64,000 nt of DNA from Felis catus (Eukaryota): NCBI RefSeq assembly GCF_018350175.1, contig NC_058368.1, positions 164,302,001 through 164,366,000 on the forward strand, written 5' to 3'. This document shows positions 37,075-50,150 of this stretch, in pieces (position 1 is the first letter of the stretch; every line of letters begins with the position of its first letter). The translations under genes and the position numbers were made by a program. Under the pieces are notes generated by a model. The model made no database searches. It saw only the letters and a list, made by a program, of their open reading frames with translations, and was not told the origin of the DNA.

Positions 37075-37779
37075 ATAGTTTTGAATGAAGCAGTGGGATT
37101 GCTGCATTTGTCTGTCCATGTGTCCCCCCAAAAGGCTTTGTAAAGCAACCTAAGACAAACTGCCTTCAGTGAGTGAAAGAAATTTCACAAAGAACTTATG
37201 AAGATAGTGTTCAAAGGGTCAGCTGATATTTGACTTATGAATCTTGTTTGGAAAATACCAAAGGAATGAGTTCATGTGAAAACTCCTACCTTAAGCCTTT
37301 CTTTCAAGATACATCAGTGAGTTTTTTAGACAATGAATAAAAAGAAAAGGAAAGATCGGAAAAGGTCATTTTTGCTTTGGATCTGGGATATAATCCTTTT
37401 ATCAGAAGAGAGGAATTCTGATAAAAATTTAAAAAACAACAAAAAAAGATTTCTGGTTTGACAGCACAGCTCTTGCACTCCAGGTTGCAGTGTCTGAGCG
37501 AGGGCAATTTGCTGACATGGAGGAATACTGGTCTAGACAGTTGGTTAGAGGGTGAAAATAGCAGGTGTGGTAAAGGTGGCAGCTGAATATTAATTGCCCA
37601 CAGGATTGTATCCCACTTGTTCTCTTCCAAATATAAGCTTTGAGCCATGAGATGACTTTCAAGGACCATACTGCTTGCTCTCTATGTTCAAAGCCACTCA
37701 ATCATCTTGAAAATTCTGCGAGGTGGTGAATATTGCTTCCTTTCTCAGATGCCCAGAACTTCTACTCAGATTTACTTAT

Positions 37780-38003
37780 CTATTTATTTTTTTATTTTTT
37801 TAAACGTTCATTCACTTTTGAGAAGCAGAGGCAGAGAATGAGTGGGAGAGGGGCATAGAGCGAGGGAGACACAGAATCCAAAACAGGCTCCAGACTCTGA
37901 GCTATCAGCACAGAGCCCTACATGGGGCTTGGACCCACGAACTGCGTGATCATGACATGAGCCAAAGTTGTTTGCTTAACCGACTGAGCCATCCATGCTC
38001 CCC
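37780..38003 (-). mobile_element. CanSINE
   Basis: 'gagggagacacagaatcc...cttaaccgactgagcca'. Confidence 0.92.
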
Positions 38004-38114
38004 ACGTACCTATTTTTCTTAAGAAGCTATTAGTATTAATAAACAGCTATAGTATTAATGAACCAAATACCTTCTTTTAATTTTCCTTTTGAGTTTTTAT
38101 CTATTTTATACCTT

Positions 38115-38314
38115 TAAAGATTTTTTTAATGTTTATTTTTGAGAGAGCACAAGTAGAGGAGGGGCAGAGAGAGAGGGAGACCCAGAATCTGAAGCAGGCA
38201 CCACGTTCTGAGCTGTCAGCACAGAGCCTGATGCAGAGTTTGAACCCACGAACCATGTGATCATGACCTGAGCCAAAGTTGGACGTTTAACTAACCGAGC
38301 CACCCAGGTGCACT
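38115..38314 (-). mobile_element. CanSINE
   Basis: TSD attttatacctt at 38103-38114 and 38317-38328. Confidence 0.93.
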
Positions 38315-39319
38315 TCATTTTATACCTTGCAACACAGAGTAGTAAGATAGAAAAAAACACAAAACAGATTTTATAGTCATAAAATCAGCCTTGAAATCTT
38401 TGCTTTAGCATTGAAAAGTCCTTAGATTTTCTGAAGATCATACAATCTGAATTTCAGTTTCTTTTTCTATAAAATGAGAATAAAGATGTTAAGTGCATTT
38501 TAGGAGAATATGTATTAAGTAAAGTAGAATTTTGAATTTTCTTGTCAGTTGCCTGGCAAACAAAAGTTGTCCAATGAGCATTTGAGCAATTCACTTCTTA
38601 CAGAAGGTATTACAGACACTTTTGATTTTATCTACCTAATTACTTAGAAGTTTGCTTGCTGTCTCATGAGTATAAGAGAAACATCTTATATCTCATTTTT
38701 CTCTTTGTTCTATTCAGCAACTTGAAAGTGAAGTGTTCATTCACAATCTAATGTGAGTGTTTTTAAGGATGACAGTTTTGTGCCCTGCTTGTTTTCTCCT
38801 TCATTATATACTTATTTTTTAATGGAAACAAAATAGTTTATTAAGTTATTTATTCTAATATATTTAGAATTTGACAAAATTTTCTAATGCTGCTTAAAAA
38901 GTTAACAGCTGTAGGCAACAGAATTCCATCTCACATTTTCATTTTACAACATCACAGTGTAGCATATGCGATCTCCCACAGTGTGGCAAACTTGTCAACA
39001 GTTCATCAAAGAGCAGATACATTCCTCATGATAGAGGAGAAACAATTAATCCTGGGACTGAAACAACTATAATTTCACTGCTTTTTTTTCCAATGAGCTT
39101 TAAGTGTTATTTTTTTTTTTGATTAACCCAATGAGGGTAATTCAGAATTTTGTCTTTATTTTTCAGTTCATGGAGGTGAATATTATAAAAGGACCCAACT
39201 TAAAAATTTATGTAAATATACTGTTGAGTCTTTATACACACTAAATGAAAACCACATATTGTGAAGGTAGTGCCATCAATGGTAAAACTGTGGATTACAG
39301 AATAAAATAAAACTTTAAA

Positions 39320-39500
39320 TATCACTAGCTGATTCACTTGGGAAAGTAATTTAACATCTCTAGGGTTCAGGTTCCTCATTCATAAAATAGATAATGATAG
39401 TAGTACCCATCTTATAAGGTTGGCTTAAGAATTAAATGAGATGAAGCTTGGAAGCACTTAGCACATTCTGGGACATTATAAACACTTGATAGGTGTGCTT
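39320..39500 (+). mobile_element. MIR
   Basis: 'cttgggaaagtaatttaacatctct...ttcctcattcataaaat...aattaaatgagat...gcacttagcaca' is the MIR core. Confidence 0.8.
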
Positions 39501-39536
39501 TGTTTTTAATATGATAATATAACCATATCATTTTTA

Positions 39537-39567
<31 letters not shown>

Positions 39568-39616
39568 GGGAATTTTTTAATTTTCCTTTTGAGTTTTTAT
39601 CCATTTTATACCTTTA

Positions 39617-39867
39617 TTTTTTTTTATTTTTTTATTTTTTTTTATTTAAAAAAAAATTTTTTTTCAATGTTTATTTATTTTTGGGACAGAGAGAGACAGA
39701 GCATGAACGGGGGAGGAGCAGAGAGAGAGGGAGACACAGAATCGGAAACAGGCTCCAGGCTCTGAGCCATCAGTCCAGAGCCCGATGCGGGGCTCGAACT
39801 CACTGACCGCGAGATCGTGACCTGGCTGAAGTCGGACGCTTAACCGACTGCGCCCCCCAGGCGCCCC
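39617..39867 (-). mobile_element. Young felid CanSINE (SINEC_Fc)
   Basis: Near-consensus with a long tail. 16-bp TSD ccattttataccttta at 39601-39616 and 39868-39883. Confidence 0.97.
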
Positions 39868-39902
39868 CCATTTTATACCTTTAAAGATTTTTTAATGTTT
39901 TT

Positions 39903-39915
39903 TATATATATATAC

Positions 39916-39987
<72 letters not shown>
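39903..39987. repeat. (TA)n(CA)n(TA)n microsatellite, with a partner (TA)n at 39540-39567
   Basis: Directly visible. Confidence 0.95.
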
Positions 39988-39988
<1 letters not shown>

Positions 39989-40369
39989 GGAATAGGCATT
40001 AATCTAGTTAAGTGTTCAGTTGATATTAAAGGCCATAATTGTGCTGTCTGCCTTTTTGGTAGTAGTGAGTTATTAACTTGGTCTTCAGTTATAGTAGAGG
40101 ATATTGGCATTCTAGGGGTTTGGTTGGATGGCAGAACCCAGAATTATCTGCTAGCCAGCTTCTTTCAAAATTCAGAATGACATAAAGTATCATTTACAAA
40201 GCATTGTTATGCAAGCAAGCAAAACTTGAATCCAATCAAGCCTGCAGAGTTATTTTATACTGTGAATTTTTTATATGTACCTATTATTTTAAAATATACA
40301 GTAACATATTAAACTTGTTTACAGGTAATGAAATTTGAGTTGAATTTGGATTTTCTAAAGTCTTTGGAA

Positions 40370-40720
40370 AGTGTAATAATATCTAAGATATGGTAATAGA
40401 GGGAGTGCAAGGAATAGAAAGATGGGCACATTTAGGAGAAATAGAGGAGCTCCGGGAACACAGTATTGACTTGCAGGCATTGTTAGACACACAAGCTGAG
40501 CAGGTTTGCTCAGAGCCATAGAGGTTATTACACGTTTGATGGCTCCATAGAAGGAAGAACAAATACAGGTACAGAGGAAGGGAGTTTATCATAAGGACAT
40601 TTGGTGACATGTTGAAGTTGAGGTGCCTGTAGAATATCTGGGGGGAACTTGAAATGGCTTAAATTTGGAGAATGGCTTAGGCTGAACATACAGCTAGTAC
40701 ACAGATCAAACAGCAAATTA
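40370..40720 (-). mobile_element. L2 relic
   Basis: 'gacatgttgaagttgaggtgcctgtagaatatc' is typical antisense L2. Confidence 0.6.
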
Positions 40721-42076
40721 ACTGATGAGTAAAACATGTTCTAAATATGTTGAGTTTTTTTGGATCCCACACAAAGTTATTGATTCTTCTGTAAATACCT
40801 CAACTATTTGTAGCTAATAAATAACTTATTATGAATATTATTTCTTGAAAAACTTTATTTTCTTAACCATTATTTTCTGTTACCATATTGGGAATGTCTG
40901 TTCCCACCACCCTTTAGCAAAAAAAAAAGTAATGCTTATTAAATAGGTTAAATTTGGTGAGCATACTTTGAAAAATAATTTTTGGTCAGTTATCAAAAGG
41001 AAAAAAAAAACTAATTGCTTTACTGAAATGAAAATATTTTACTTTTTCTTCTTTCTTTTAAAACGAGGTTTTGTTTCTCTTGCCCTCCTCCTGTAGAGAA
41101 ACAGCAGGGAGTAGATTTTTTTAATACGAGAATTCATTATCACCCTTGTATTACCTCCCTGCGGTTTCTGGAAAAATGCAATTCTGACTACAATTCCTGG
41201 CTGTGGTGTTTGTCTATGCATGTTTTTAAAAAGATCATAGCTATTTTATGTCATCAGGCCTCTAAATTATACTCTTCAAGAAGTTGCTCAACTTGTTTTC
41301 CTCATCTTTTATCATGGTAAAAGAATTGTAAGTCCGTGGTTTCTGTGGCAAAATTATTTCTGCATTATGGAAAATAGGTTTTTTCATTGTATCATTTATC
41401 CTCCTCTCCTCAAATTAAACCCAAATCAAAGTTATGTTATGGTCTTAAGTATTAATAATTCATTACTTAGATGAATTTAGAAATGGAATTTGCTGAGGTA
41501 GAGTAGAAGAAAATCTGTGTGGAAAAGAAAAATCAACTCTTGTGCTGGAGAATTTGTGGTGAAGAAAAACTAATAAAAAGGGTTGCAAAAAAATTTTTGC
41601 CAATAAGAAGTACAGTTGAAATAGTTGGAAGTTCACTAAGAGTAAATAAGCCCTGAGATTAATGTCTCATACAAGTAAAGTAAATTATTTTTTTCTGGTT
41701 ACCATTTAATTCATTTGAAAATAATTTACTTTATATACCAGCATAGCTGGTATACCTTAATTGCAATATGGGCATATATAAGTAAGGGTCATTTTCAATG
41801 AGAAGAAAAATGAATTACAGGGATGGGAAAATGAAAGTGGAGCAGAAGGATCCTAGGCTTGTCTCATCCAGCGAACAGAACTAGATAATTACCAAATCAT
41901 CCTAAATCCCTGAGAAATCAATCTGATGACTGACAGAACAAACTCCACAACTTAAAGGAGAGAAGAGGCCACATCAAAGATGGTGGGGAGTGCAGAGACA
42001 TAGCTCAGGAGAGAAACAAATTGTGGGTGTTGTAGAGTGCAGGAAGCTTTGGTCACAGAGGAGAGAGAATGAGAGT

Positions 42077-42112
<36 letters not shown>

Positions 42113-42989
42113 CACACAGGGAAACACACAAGGAGAACATTTCCCCAAAGCTGTTGGCTTGGAAATTGAGAGGGCCCACATTTCATGAGTTCTTGCAACC
42201 CTTGGGACTTAAAGCTAGGAGTTTTCAAGGTTGGTGGGCTTGGCAGGGGTAGACCCCAGAGGGTACTTTACTGCTCCTGGAGAGAAGGTAGGCAAACGGC
42301 CTGGGAGCAGACAGCATGCAAACAGCGATCTGAAGAATGCTGGGGGTGTGCAATGGAGAGATTATTTGCTCTTCTTGGAGAGCTTCCCAGAGAAGTAGCA
42401 TTCACAGTAATACCTCTTCGGGAACAAAGGAGGTTACCAGCTCCATTTTCCTCCCTTGTCCCTCAGCATGAACACAGAGCCACCTGTGGGAAGCAGCATA
42501 GCCTTTATACTGGTGGCCCAACTTGCATACACCAAGCCCCACTTCCCTGTGCTGTGGTTGAACTGTCCTTCTCAGTTGCTTGCCTCAGTCCCAGTATGGC
42601 ACGTCCCTTCCTCAGAAGACCAGCACAAATCCCTGCCCATATAATACCTCCCAACCAGAGAATTCTTCAAGGCATCAGTTCTGGTGGAGGTGGTAGCAGG
42701 TCTCATTTCACAAGCAGACCAGAACACACCTGGTTAAAACCAGCCACATTTAGGCTGGGGACCAAACATTGCCCACAGCAGGCAAGGAGGTCCTCTGCAG
42801 ATGACTGGCCTAAAAGATAGAGCTTCCAAACAAAACAGCAGAGTGCATACAGCACACACTGGAGATACCCCTGAAGTGCCAGGCCATGGGCACTACATGA
42901 CTTCTTCTTCCATAAGGCTGTTATTTTCAGGAGCAGGAGACATAACTTGCTTTCCTAACACTGAGAAGAAGGCAGAAACTTAAACAAAA

Positions 42990-43853
42990 TGTGAAGATGG
43001 ATTTATCCAAAATGAAAGAACAATATACTGCCATGGCCAGAGATCTAAGTGAAACAGATACAAGTAACATGTCTGATGGAAAATTTAAAGTGACAATTAT
43101 AGGGCTACTCACTGGGCTTGAGAAAAGAATGGAAGATTTAAGGAGACTTCAGAAGATTCCTACTGCAGAGTAAGATGGCAATAAATGAGATTGGAAATAG
43201 ACTTGATTCAGTGCACATTGGGCTAGAAGAAACAGAGGAATGAGTTAGTGATCTAGAAGACAAAGTAATGGAAAGTAATGAACCAGAACACAGAGAGGAA
43301 AGAATTGTGCAACACAAGAATAGAATTAAGGAACTCAGTGACTCCATCAAATGTAATAATGTTTGTATTATAGGAGCCCCAGAAGAAGAAGGAAGAAAAG
43401 GAGGAAGAAAATATAATGGAAGAAATAATAGCTGAAAACTTCCCTAATCTGGGGAAGGAAACAGATATCCAGATCAAGGAGGAACAGAGAATACCTATCA
43501 AAATCAACAAAAACAGGCCAACCCCAAGGCATGTTGTAATTAAATTTGCAAAATAAACTGATAAAGAAAAAATCTTAAAGCAGAAAGACAAAAGAAGTTC
43601 TTAACTTACTAGGGAAAACCCATAAAGCTACCTGGAGATTTATCAACAGAAACTGGGTGAGCCAGAATGCAGTGGCATGATCTCTTCAAGGTGCTGAATT
43701 GGAAGCATCAGCAGCCATGAATTCTCTATCCAGCAAGGCTATCATTCAGAATAGAATGAGAGATAAAGAGTTTCCTGGACAAACAAAAACTAAAGCTGTT
43801 CATGGTAGCCAAACCAGATCTGTAAGAAATATTGAAAGGGATTCTTAGAATGA
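42990..43853 (+). pseudogene. L1 ORF1 remnant
   Basis: A-rich coiled-coil-type coding sequence, 'gaaaacttccctaatctgggg' and 'tatccagcaaggctatcattcagaatag' (YPARLSFR). Disrupted. Confidence 0.85.
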
Positions 43854-43930
43854 AAAGAAGAGACCAAAAGTGACAAAGACAAGTAAGGATAAGAGAAAAC
43901 CTTCAGCAAAATGACAAAACAAGTAATAAA

Positions 43931-46900
43931 ATGGCAATAAAATACATATCTATTAACAATTGTTTTGAATGTAAATGGACTAAATGCTTCAAACAAAAGG
44001 TGTCAGAATGGAAAACAAAACAAAACAAAAACAAACAAAAAAACCCAAGACCTATCTATATGCTGCCTACAGGAGACTCATTTTAGACTTAAACACGTGC
44101 AGATTGAAAGTGAGGGCATGAAAATTGATGTAAAAAAAAAAAGCTGGAATAGCCATATTTATATCCGACAAACTAGATTTTAAAACAGAGACTGCAACAA
44201 GAGACCAAGGAAGGCACTATATAATCTTTGGGGGGGACAGTCCAACAAGAAGATATAATTGTAAATATTTATGTACCCAACATGAAAGCACCAAATTACA
44301 CAAAACTATTAATAACCATAAAGGAATTGATAATAATAATAGGGGATTTAACACCTCACCTACATCAATGGACAGATCATCTAAACAGGTAATCTATAAG
44401 GAAACAGTGGCTTTGAATGACTCACTGGACCAGATGGACTTAACAGATATATTCAGAACATTCCTTCCTAAAACAACAGAATACATATTCTTTTCAAATG
44501 CACATAAAACACTCTCGAGAATAGATCACATATTAGGTCACGAACCAAGCTTAAACAATTACAAAAATATTGAGGTCACACCACACATCTTTTCTGACCA
44601 CAGTGCTATTAAAGAGAAATCAACCACAGGAAAAAATGTGGAAAGACCACAAATACATGGAGATTAAACAACATGCTACTAAATAATGAATAGGTCAACC
44701 AGGGGAAAAAAAATAAAATAAATAATAATATAAAATAAAATAAATAAATATAAAATATAAAATAAAATGTAAAGTAAAGTACATGGAAACAAATGAAATT
44801 AAAACATAATGGTCCAAAACCTTTAGTGTGTACCAAAAGTAGTCCTAACAGGGAACTATATAGCAATACAGATGTGTCTCAAGAAGCCAGAAAAGTCTCA
44901 AAAGAACAACATAACTTTACACCTAAAGGAGCTAGAGAAAGAACAATAAATGAAGCCTAAAGCCATCAGAAGAAAGGAAATAAAGATTAGAGCAGAAATA
45001 AATGATATATAAACTAAAAAACAAAAACGAAAACCCACAAAAAAACTCACAAAAAAAACAATAGACCAGATCAATAAAACTGGGGGCTGGTTCTTTGAAA
45101 ATATTAATGAAATTGATAAACCTTTAGCCAGACTAATCAAAAAGAAAAGAGAAAGTTCCCAAATAAATAAAATCACAAATGAGAGAGGAGAAATAACAGC
45201 ACAGAAATATAAATAGGTATAAGAGAATATTATGAAAATCTATATGACAACAGGTTGGACAACTGGCAGAAATGGATAAATTCTGAGAAACATATAAACT
45301 ACTGAAACTGAAAGAGAAAGAAATAGAAAACTTGAACAGACTGATAACCTGAAAGGAAATTGAATTAATAGTCAAAAAAGGCTCCCCCCCCACAAACCCA
45401 AAGAAACAACAACAAAAAAATTTAAAAAAACCTTAAAATCCAGGACCAGATGGCTTCACAGGCAAATTCCACCAAACATTAAAAAAAAGAGTTAATATCT
45501 ATTGTTTTCAAACTGTTACAAAAAAAAAAAAAAAAAAAGAAGGAAAATTTCCAAGTTCATTCTACAAGGGCAACCTTACCCTGATACTAAAACCAGAAAA
45601 AGACACCATTAAAAAAGAAAACTACAGGCCAATATCTCTGATAAACACAGATGCAGAAACTCTCAGTAAAATACTAGCAAACTGAATCCAGCAATACTTT
45701 AAAAAATCATTCACCACAATCATGTGGGATTTCTTCTGGGTTACAAGAGTGGCTCAGTATTTGCAAATCAATCATGTGATATACCACATTAATAAAAGAA
45801 AGGATAAGAACCATAAAATCATTTCAGTAGATGTAGAAAAAGCATTTGACAAAGTACAACATCCATTCATGATAAAAGTCCTCAACAAAGTAGGTATAGA
45901 GGGAACAATAAAGGCCACATGTAAAAAATCCACAGCTAATATCATCCTCAACGGGGAAAAATTGAGAGCTTTTTCCCTATGGTAGGAACAAGATAGAGAT
46001 GTCCACTCTCACCACTTTTATTTAATGTAGCACTAGAAGTCCTAGAAACAGCAATTAGACAGCAGTAAAGTCATAGTATACAAAATCAATATGTGGAAAT
46101 CTGTTGCATTTCTATATACCAATAAAGAAGCAGCAGAAAGAGAAATTAAGGAAACAATCCCATTTACAAGTGCACTAAAAACAATAAGATACCAAGGAAT
46201 AATCCTAACCAAAGAGGTGAAAGACCTATATTTTGAAAACTATAAAACACTGATTAAAGAAATTAAGTGTGCTACAAACAGATGGAAAGACATTCCATGC
46301 TCATTGATTGGAAGAACAAATATTGTTAAAATGTCTATAGTACCGAAAGCAATCTACACATTTAATGCAGTCCCTATCAAAATACCACCAGCATTTTTCA
46401 CAGAGCTAGAATACAATCCTCAAATATGTATGGAACCACAAAAGACCCCAAATAGCTAAAGCAACCTTAAAGAATAAAAGCAGAGCTGGAGATACCACAA
46501 TTCCAGGCCCCAAGTTATATTACAAAGCTGTAGTGATCAAAACAAGATGGTACTGACACAAAAACAGACACATATATCAGTGAACAGAATAGAAAACCCA
46601 GAAATGAACCCACAACTATATGGTCAGTTAATTTTTGACAAAACAGGAGAGACCATCAAAAGGGAAAAGTCTCTTCAACAAATGGTGTTGGGAAAACTGC
46701 ACAGCAGCATGTGTGCTTTTTTTATACCATACAAAAAAATAAATTCAAAATGGTTGAAAGACCTAAATGTGAGATCTAAAACCATACAAATCCTAGAGGA
46801 GACCATAGGCAGTAATTTCTTTGGCATTGGCTGTAGCAACTTATTTCTAGATATGTTTCTTTTTTTTTTAAATTTTTTTTCAACGTTTTTTATTTATTTT

Positions 46901-47930
46901 TGGGACAGAGAGAGACAGAGCATGAATGGGGGAGGGGCAGAGAGAGAGGGAGACACAGAATCGGAAGCAGGCTCCAGGCTCCGAGCCATCAGCCCAGAGC
47001 CTGATGCGGGGCTCGAACTCACGGACCATGAGATCGTGACCTGGCTGAAGTCGGACGCTTAACCGACTGCGCCACCCAGGCGCCCCTCTAGATATGTTTC
47101 TTAAGGCAAGGGAAACAGAAGCAAAAGTAAACTATTGCAACTTCATAAAAAAAAACAAAAAACAAAAAACAAAAAAAAAAAACTGTACAGTGAAGGAAAC
47201 AATCTAAAAGGCAACCTACACAATGGGAGATGATATTTGCAAATGACTTATTTGATAAAGGGTTAGTATCCAAAATATATAATGAACTGATGAAACTCAA
47301 TACTCAAAAAACAAATAATCTAATTAAAAATGGGCAGAAGACATGAATAGACATTTTTTCAAAGAAGACATACAGATAGCCAACAGACACATGAAGAGAT
47401 GCAGAACATCACAGGTTATCAGGGAAATGCAAATCAAAACTACAATAAGAAATCACCTCACACCTGTCAGAATGACCAAAATCAACAACAGAAGAAACAA
47501 CAGGTGTTGTTGAGGATGTGGAGAAAGGGGAACCCTCTGGCACCTTTGGTTGGAAAGCAAATTGCCACAGCCACTATGGAAAACAGTATGGAATTTTCTC
47601 AAAAAGTTAAACATGGAACTACCCTATGACCCAGCAATTGCACTACCTGGTATTTACCCAAAGAATACAAAAATACTAATTCAAAGGGATACATGCCACC
47701 CAATGTTTATAGCAACGTTATGTATAATAGCCAAATTATAAAATCAGCCCATGTGTTTGACTGATGATTGGATACAAAAGATGGTGTATATATACAATGG
47801 AATATTACTCAGCCAGTGAAAAGAATGAAATCTTGTCACTTGCAATGATATGGATGGAGCTAGAGGTTATTATGCTAAGCAAAATAAGTTAAAGACAAAT
47901 ACCATGATTTCACTCATATGGGGAATTTAA
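43931..47930 (+). pseudogene. L1 ORF2 remnant (endonuclease/RT), disrupted
   Basis: ORF-track fragments at 43965, 44368, 45722, 46091, 46547 and 47550 are collinear L1 ORF2 peptides. Confidence 0.93.
46862..47086 (-). mobile_element. Young felid CanSINE inserted in L1 ORF2
   Basis: TSD tctagatatgtttctt at 46846-46861 and 47087-47102. Confidence 0.97.
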
Positions 47931-49024
47931 GAAACAAATGGGAAAAGAGGGGGAAAAAAAGAGAGAGAGGCTGTTAACTATAGAGAACAAACTGATAGTT
48001 ACCAGAGGGGAGATGTCTAGGGGCAGGAGATGGGTAAATAGGTGATGGGAATTAAGGAATGTACTTGTGATGAGCACAGGGTATTGTATGGAAGTGTTGA
48101 ATCACTATATTGTATACCTGAAACTACTATTATACTGTAAGTTAACCAACTGAATTTAAATAAAAGCTTAAAGAAAAAGAGTGAATCAGAGTAGGTTTTC
48201 TTAGCTGTTTCTCTCCTTTCAGTATGTACATTTTTTAAAAAACAAAATATTTAAGGGAAAACTTATGTTTACAGGTGTTAAGGTCTCCATTTAGTTAAGT
48301 GATGCCTAGAATTTTTCCTTCAATACAGTCTTGGTGTCTGCAATATTTCTCATGTATTTTACTTTGACATGAGACATTTAAGGGTGTTTAAAAACAAAAA
48401 GAAGGTAGAGTAGATTAATAGAAGCGGTACCTTTTTGTTTTTGTTTTTGTTTGTTTTTAGAAGTAGTACATCTGAAGAACTTAAGGCTGTTATTTTGGGT
48501 AAGCTTATGAAAAGAAAGGAAGGAAGGAGGAAAGAAGGAAGGGAGAAATGCCTTTAATTTTTTGAACATCAGATAGAACAGTCATGTTGCTAAAGGCAGA
48601 AATTTTATTTGATAACAGTTTAGTTTGCCTACTGTAGTACATTTTTAAGGGTGAAATAATGTAACTAAAATGTCTAGATTTAATTTTTGAACTCCATGAA
48701 AGACCAACCTGACAATATGAATGTGCTAAGAACCTTAGAAAGAATTTTGGGCAGAGTTATTTCAGGAACATAAATTCTGGTGAGGCAAAGATATAGGTGT
48801 GGGTCAATAACATGGAAATGGAAGGTCTTATTCTAAAATTAAATCTGCTTAGTTAGGAATTTTGAGATCTTTGGAATTAAGATTAAAGATACCAATATAG
48901 TTATACAGGACTTTTATAAGATCTTCACCACAAAAAGAATACATAATCTTAAATTTCTATCATGATTTTGACTATCAAAGTACAGGCAGGAGTATATAGT
49001 TCCATTAAGAAAATGCATCTTTCT

Positions 49025-49217
49025 GGGGTGCCTGGTTGCTTAGCTGGTTAGGCATCTGACTCTTGATTTTGGCTCAGTTCATGATCTCATGGTTCCGTAA
49101 GTTCAAGCCCCACATAGGGCTCCATACTGACAGTGAAGAGCCTGCTTGGATTTCTCTCTCTCCCCCTTCCCTGCTCTCTCTTTTCTCTCTCAAAAATAAA
49201 TAAATAAGCTTAAAAAG
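49025..49217 (+). mobile_element. CanSINE
   Basis: 18-bp TSD aagaaaatgcatctttct at 49007-49024 and 49218-49235. Confidence 0.95.
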
Positions 49218-49697
49218 AAGAAAATGCATCTTTCTATAACATTTCTTATATTCACATGTTCTTATATTATGGAGTTAAATACAGTGATTTATCATGCCAT
49301 TCATTATTATTGAAAATAAATTTTAGACCCCATGGTAGTTAACAAACTTCTCAAACTTGCAAACTTTTCACATTTGCAAGCTTTATACTTTGTAGCAAAA
49401 TACTTTGTAGTAAGTATTTTCTTTCTGACAGTATAAGAACAATCTCCATAAGGCTTCATTTTCTGGGCTTCTCAGGCCAAAACATCATATTCAGTTTTCA
49501 TTTTCAATGAATTTAAATTTCCAGAATAAATGGCACAATATTCATAATAGGTAGAACTGTCAAGATTGTCATGGTAAATGAGCCTACAAATGAGTTCACA
49601 AGTGACTCAAATACTAATCATGAAAAAATGGTCTTATTGGTTACTGACTCAGAGAATAATAATTCTATTAACCATACCACTACAAGCAAATTCCAGA

Positions 49698-49950
49698 CTG
49701 TGGTACGTGGTCTCCAAAAATGGTCCCCAACGAACTGTACCTCCTAGTATGCCCTCTGATAGTTCACTTTCTCTCTGAGATGTTTCATGATTTGCATTAG
49801 CTGATAGTGTATAAAGTAATGGTGGTATGCCAGCTCTGGATGATGTCTTTAAGAGGATGGACAACATTTATTTGCTCTTGGAAGACTCACTTTTATAAGC
49901 CACCATGAAAGAAGTCTCATTACACTTCTAGAGAGACCATATGGAGCTAC
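49698..49950 (+). mobile_element. MaLR LTR fragment (MLT1)
   Basis: 'tgtgg...tccaaaaatggtcccca', 'gccaccatgaaagaagtc...gagagaccatatggag'. Confidence 0.55.
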
Positions 49951-49954
49951 AGAA

Positions 49955-50150
49955 ATGTTAGGATAAATAAGGAATATACCAGAGATAGTTCGTTACTTCT
50001 AATTGCACTGGAAAATTGGAGCAAAAGAATTATAAGCTCAGGACTTTAAATTCTCAACTCAAGGAAGAGACCAGAAACCATTTTCAGCTGCTCCAAACAA
50101 TATCACTATTTCCTATAGTTTGATGTCCAAGATTTGTGAAAACCAAACTA
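49955..50150 (+). mobile_element. Possible ERVL internal (gag) relic
   Basis: 'ttctaattgcactggaaaa...aagctcaggactttaaattctcaactcaag' resembles ERVL gag as I recall it. Confidence 0.45.

Larger units (their letters stand above)
41820..48180 (+). mobile_element. Near-full-length inactive carnivore L1 (L1_Carn-type)
   Basis: 5'UTR ~41820-42985, ORF1 remnant, ORF2 remnant (EN motifs NVNGLN, CCLQETH, SRIDHILG, SDHS; RT motif [11 protein letters not shown]), 3'UTR with aataaa and A-rich end. Many stops and frameshifts. Confidence 0.95.
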
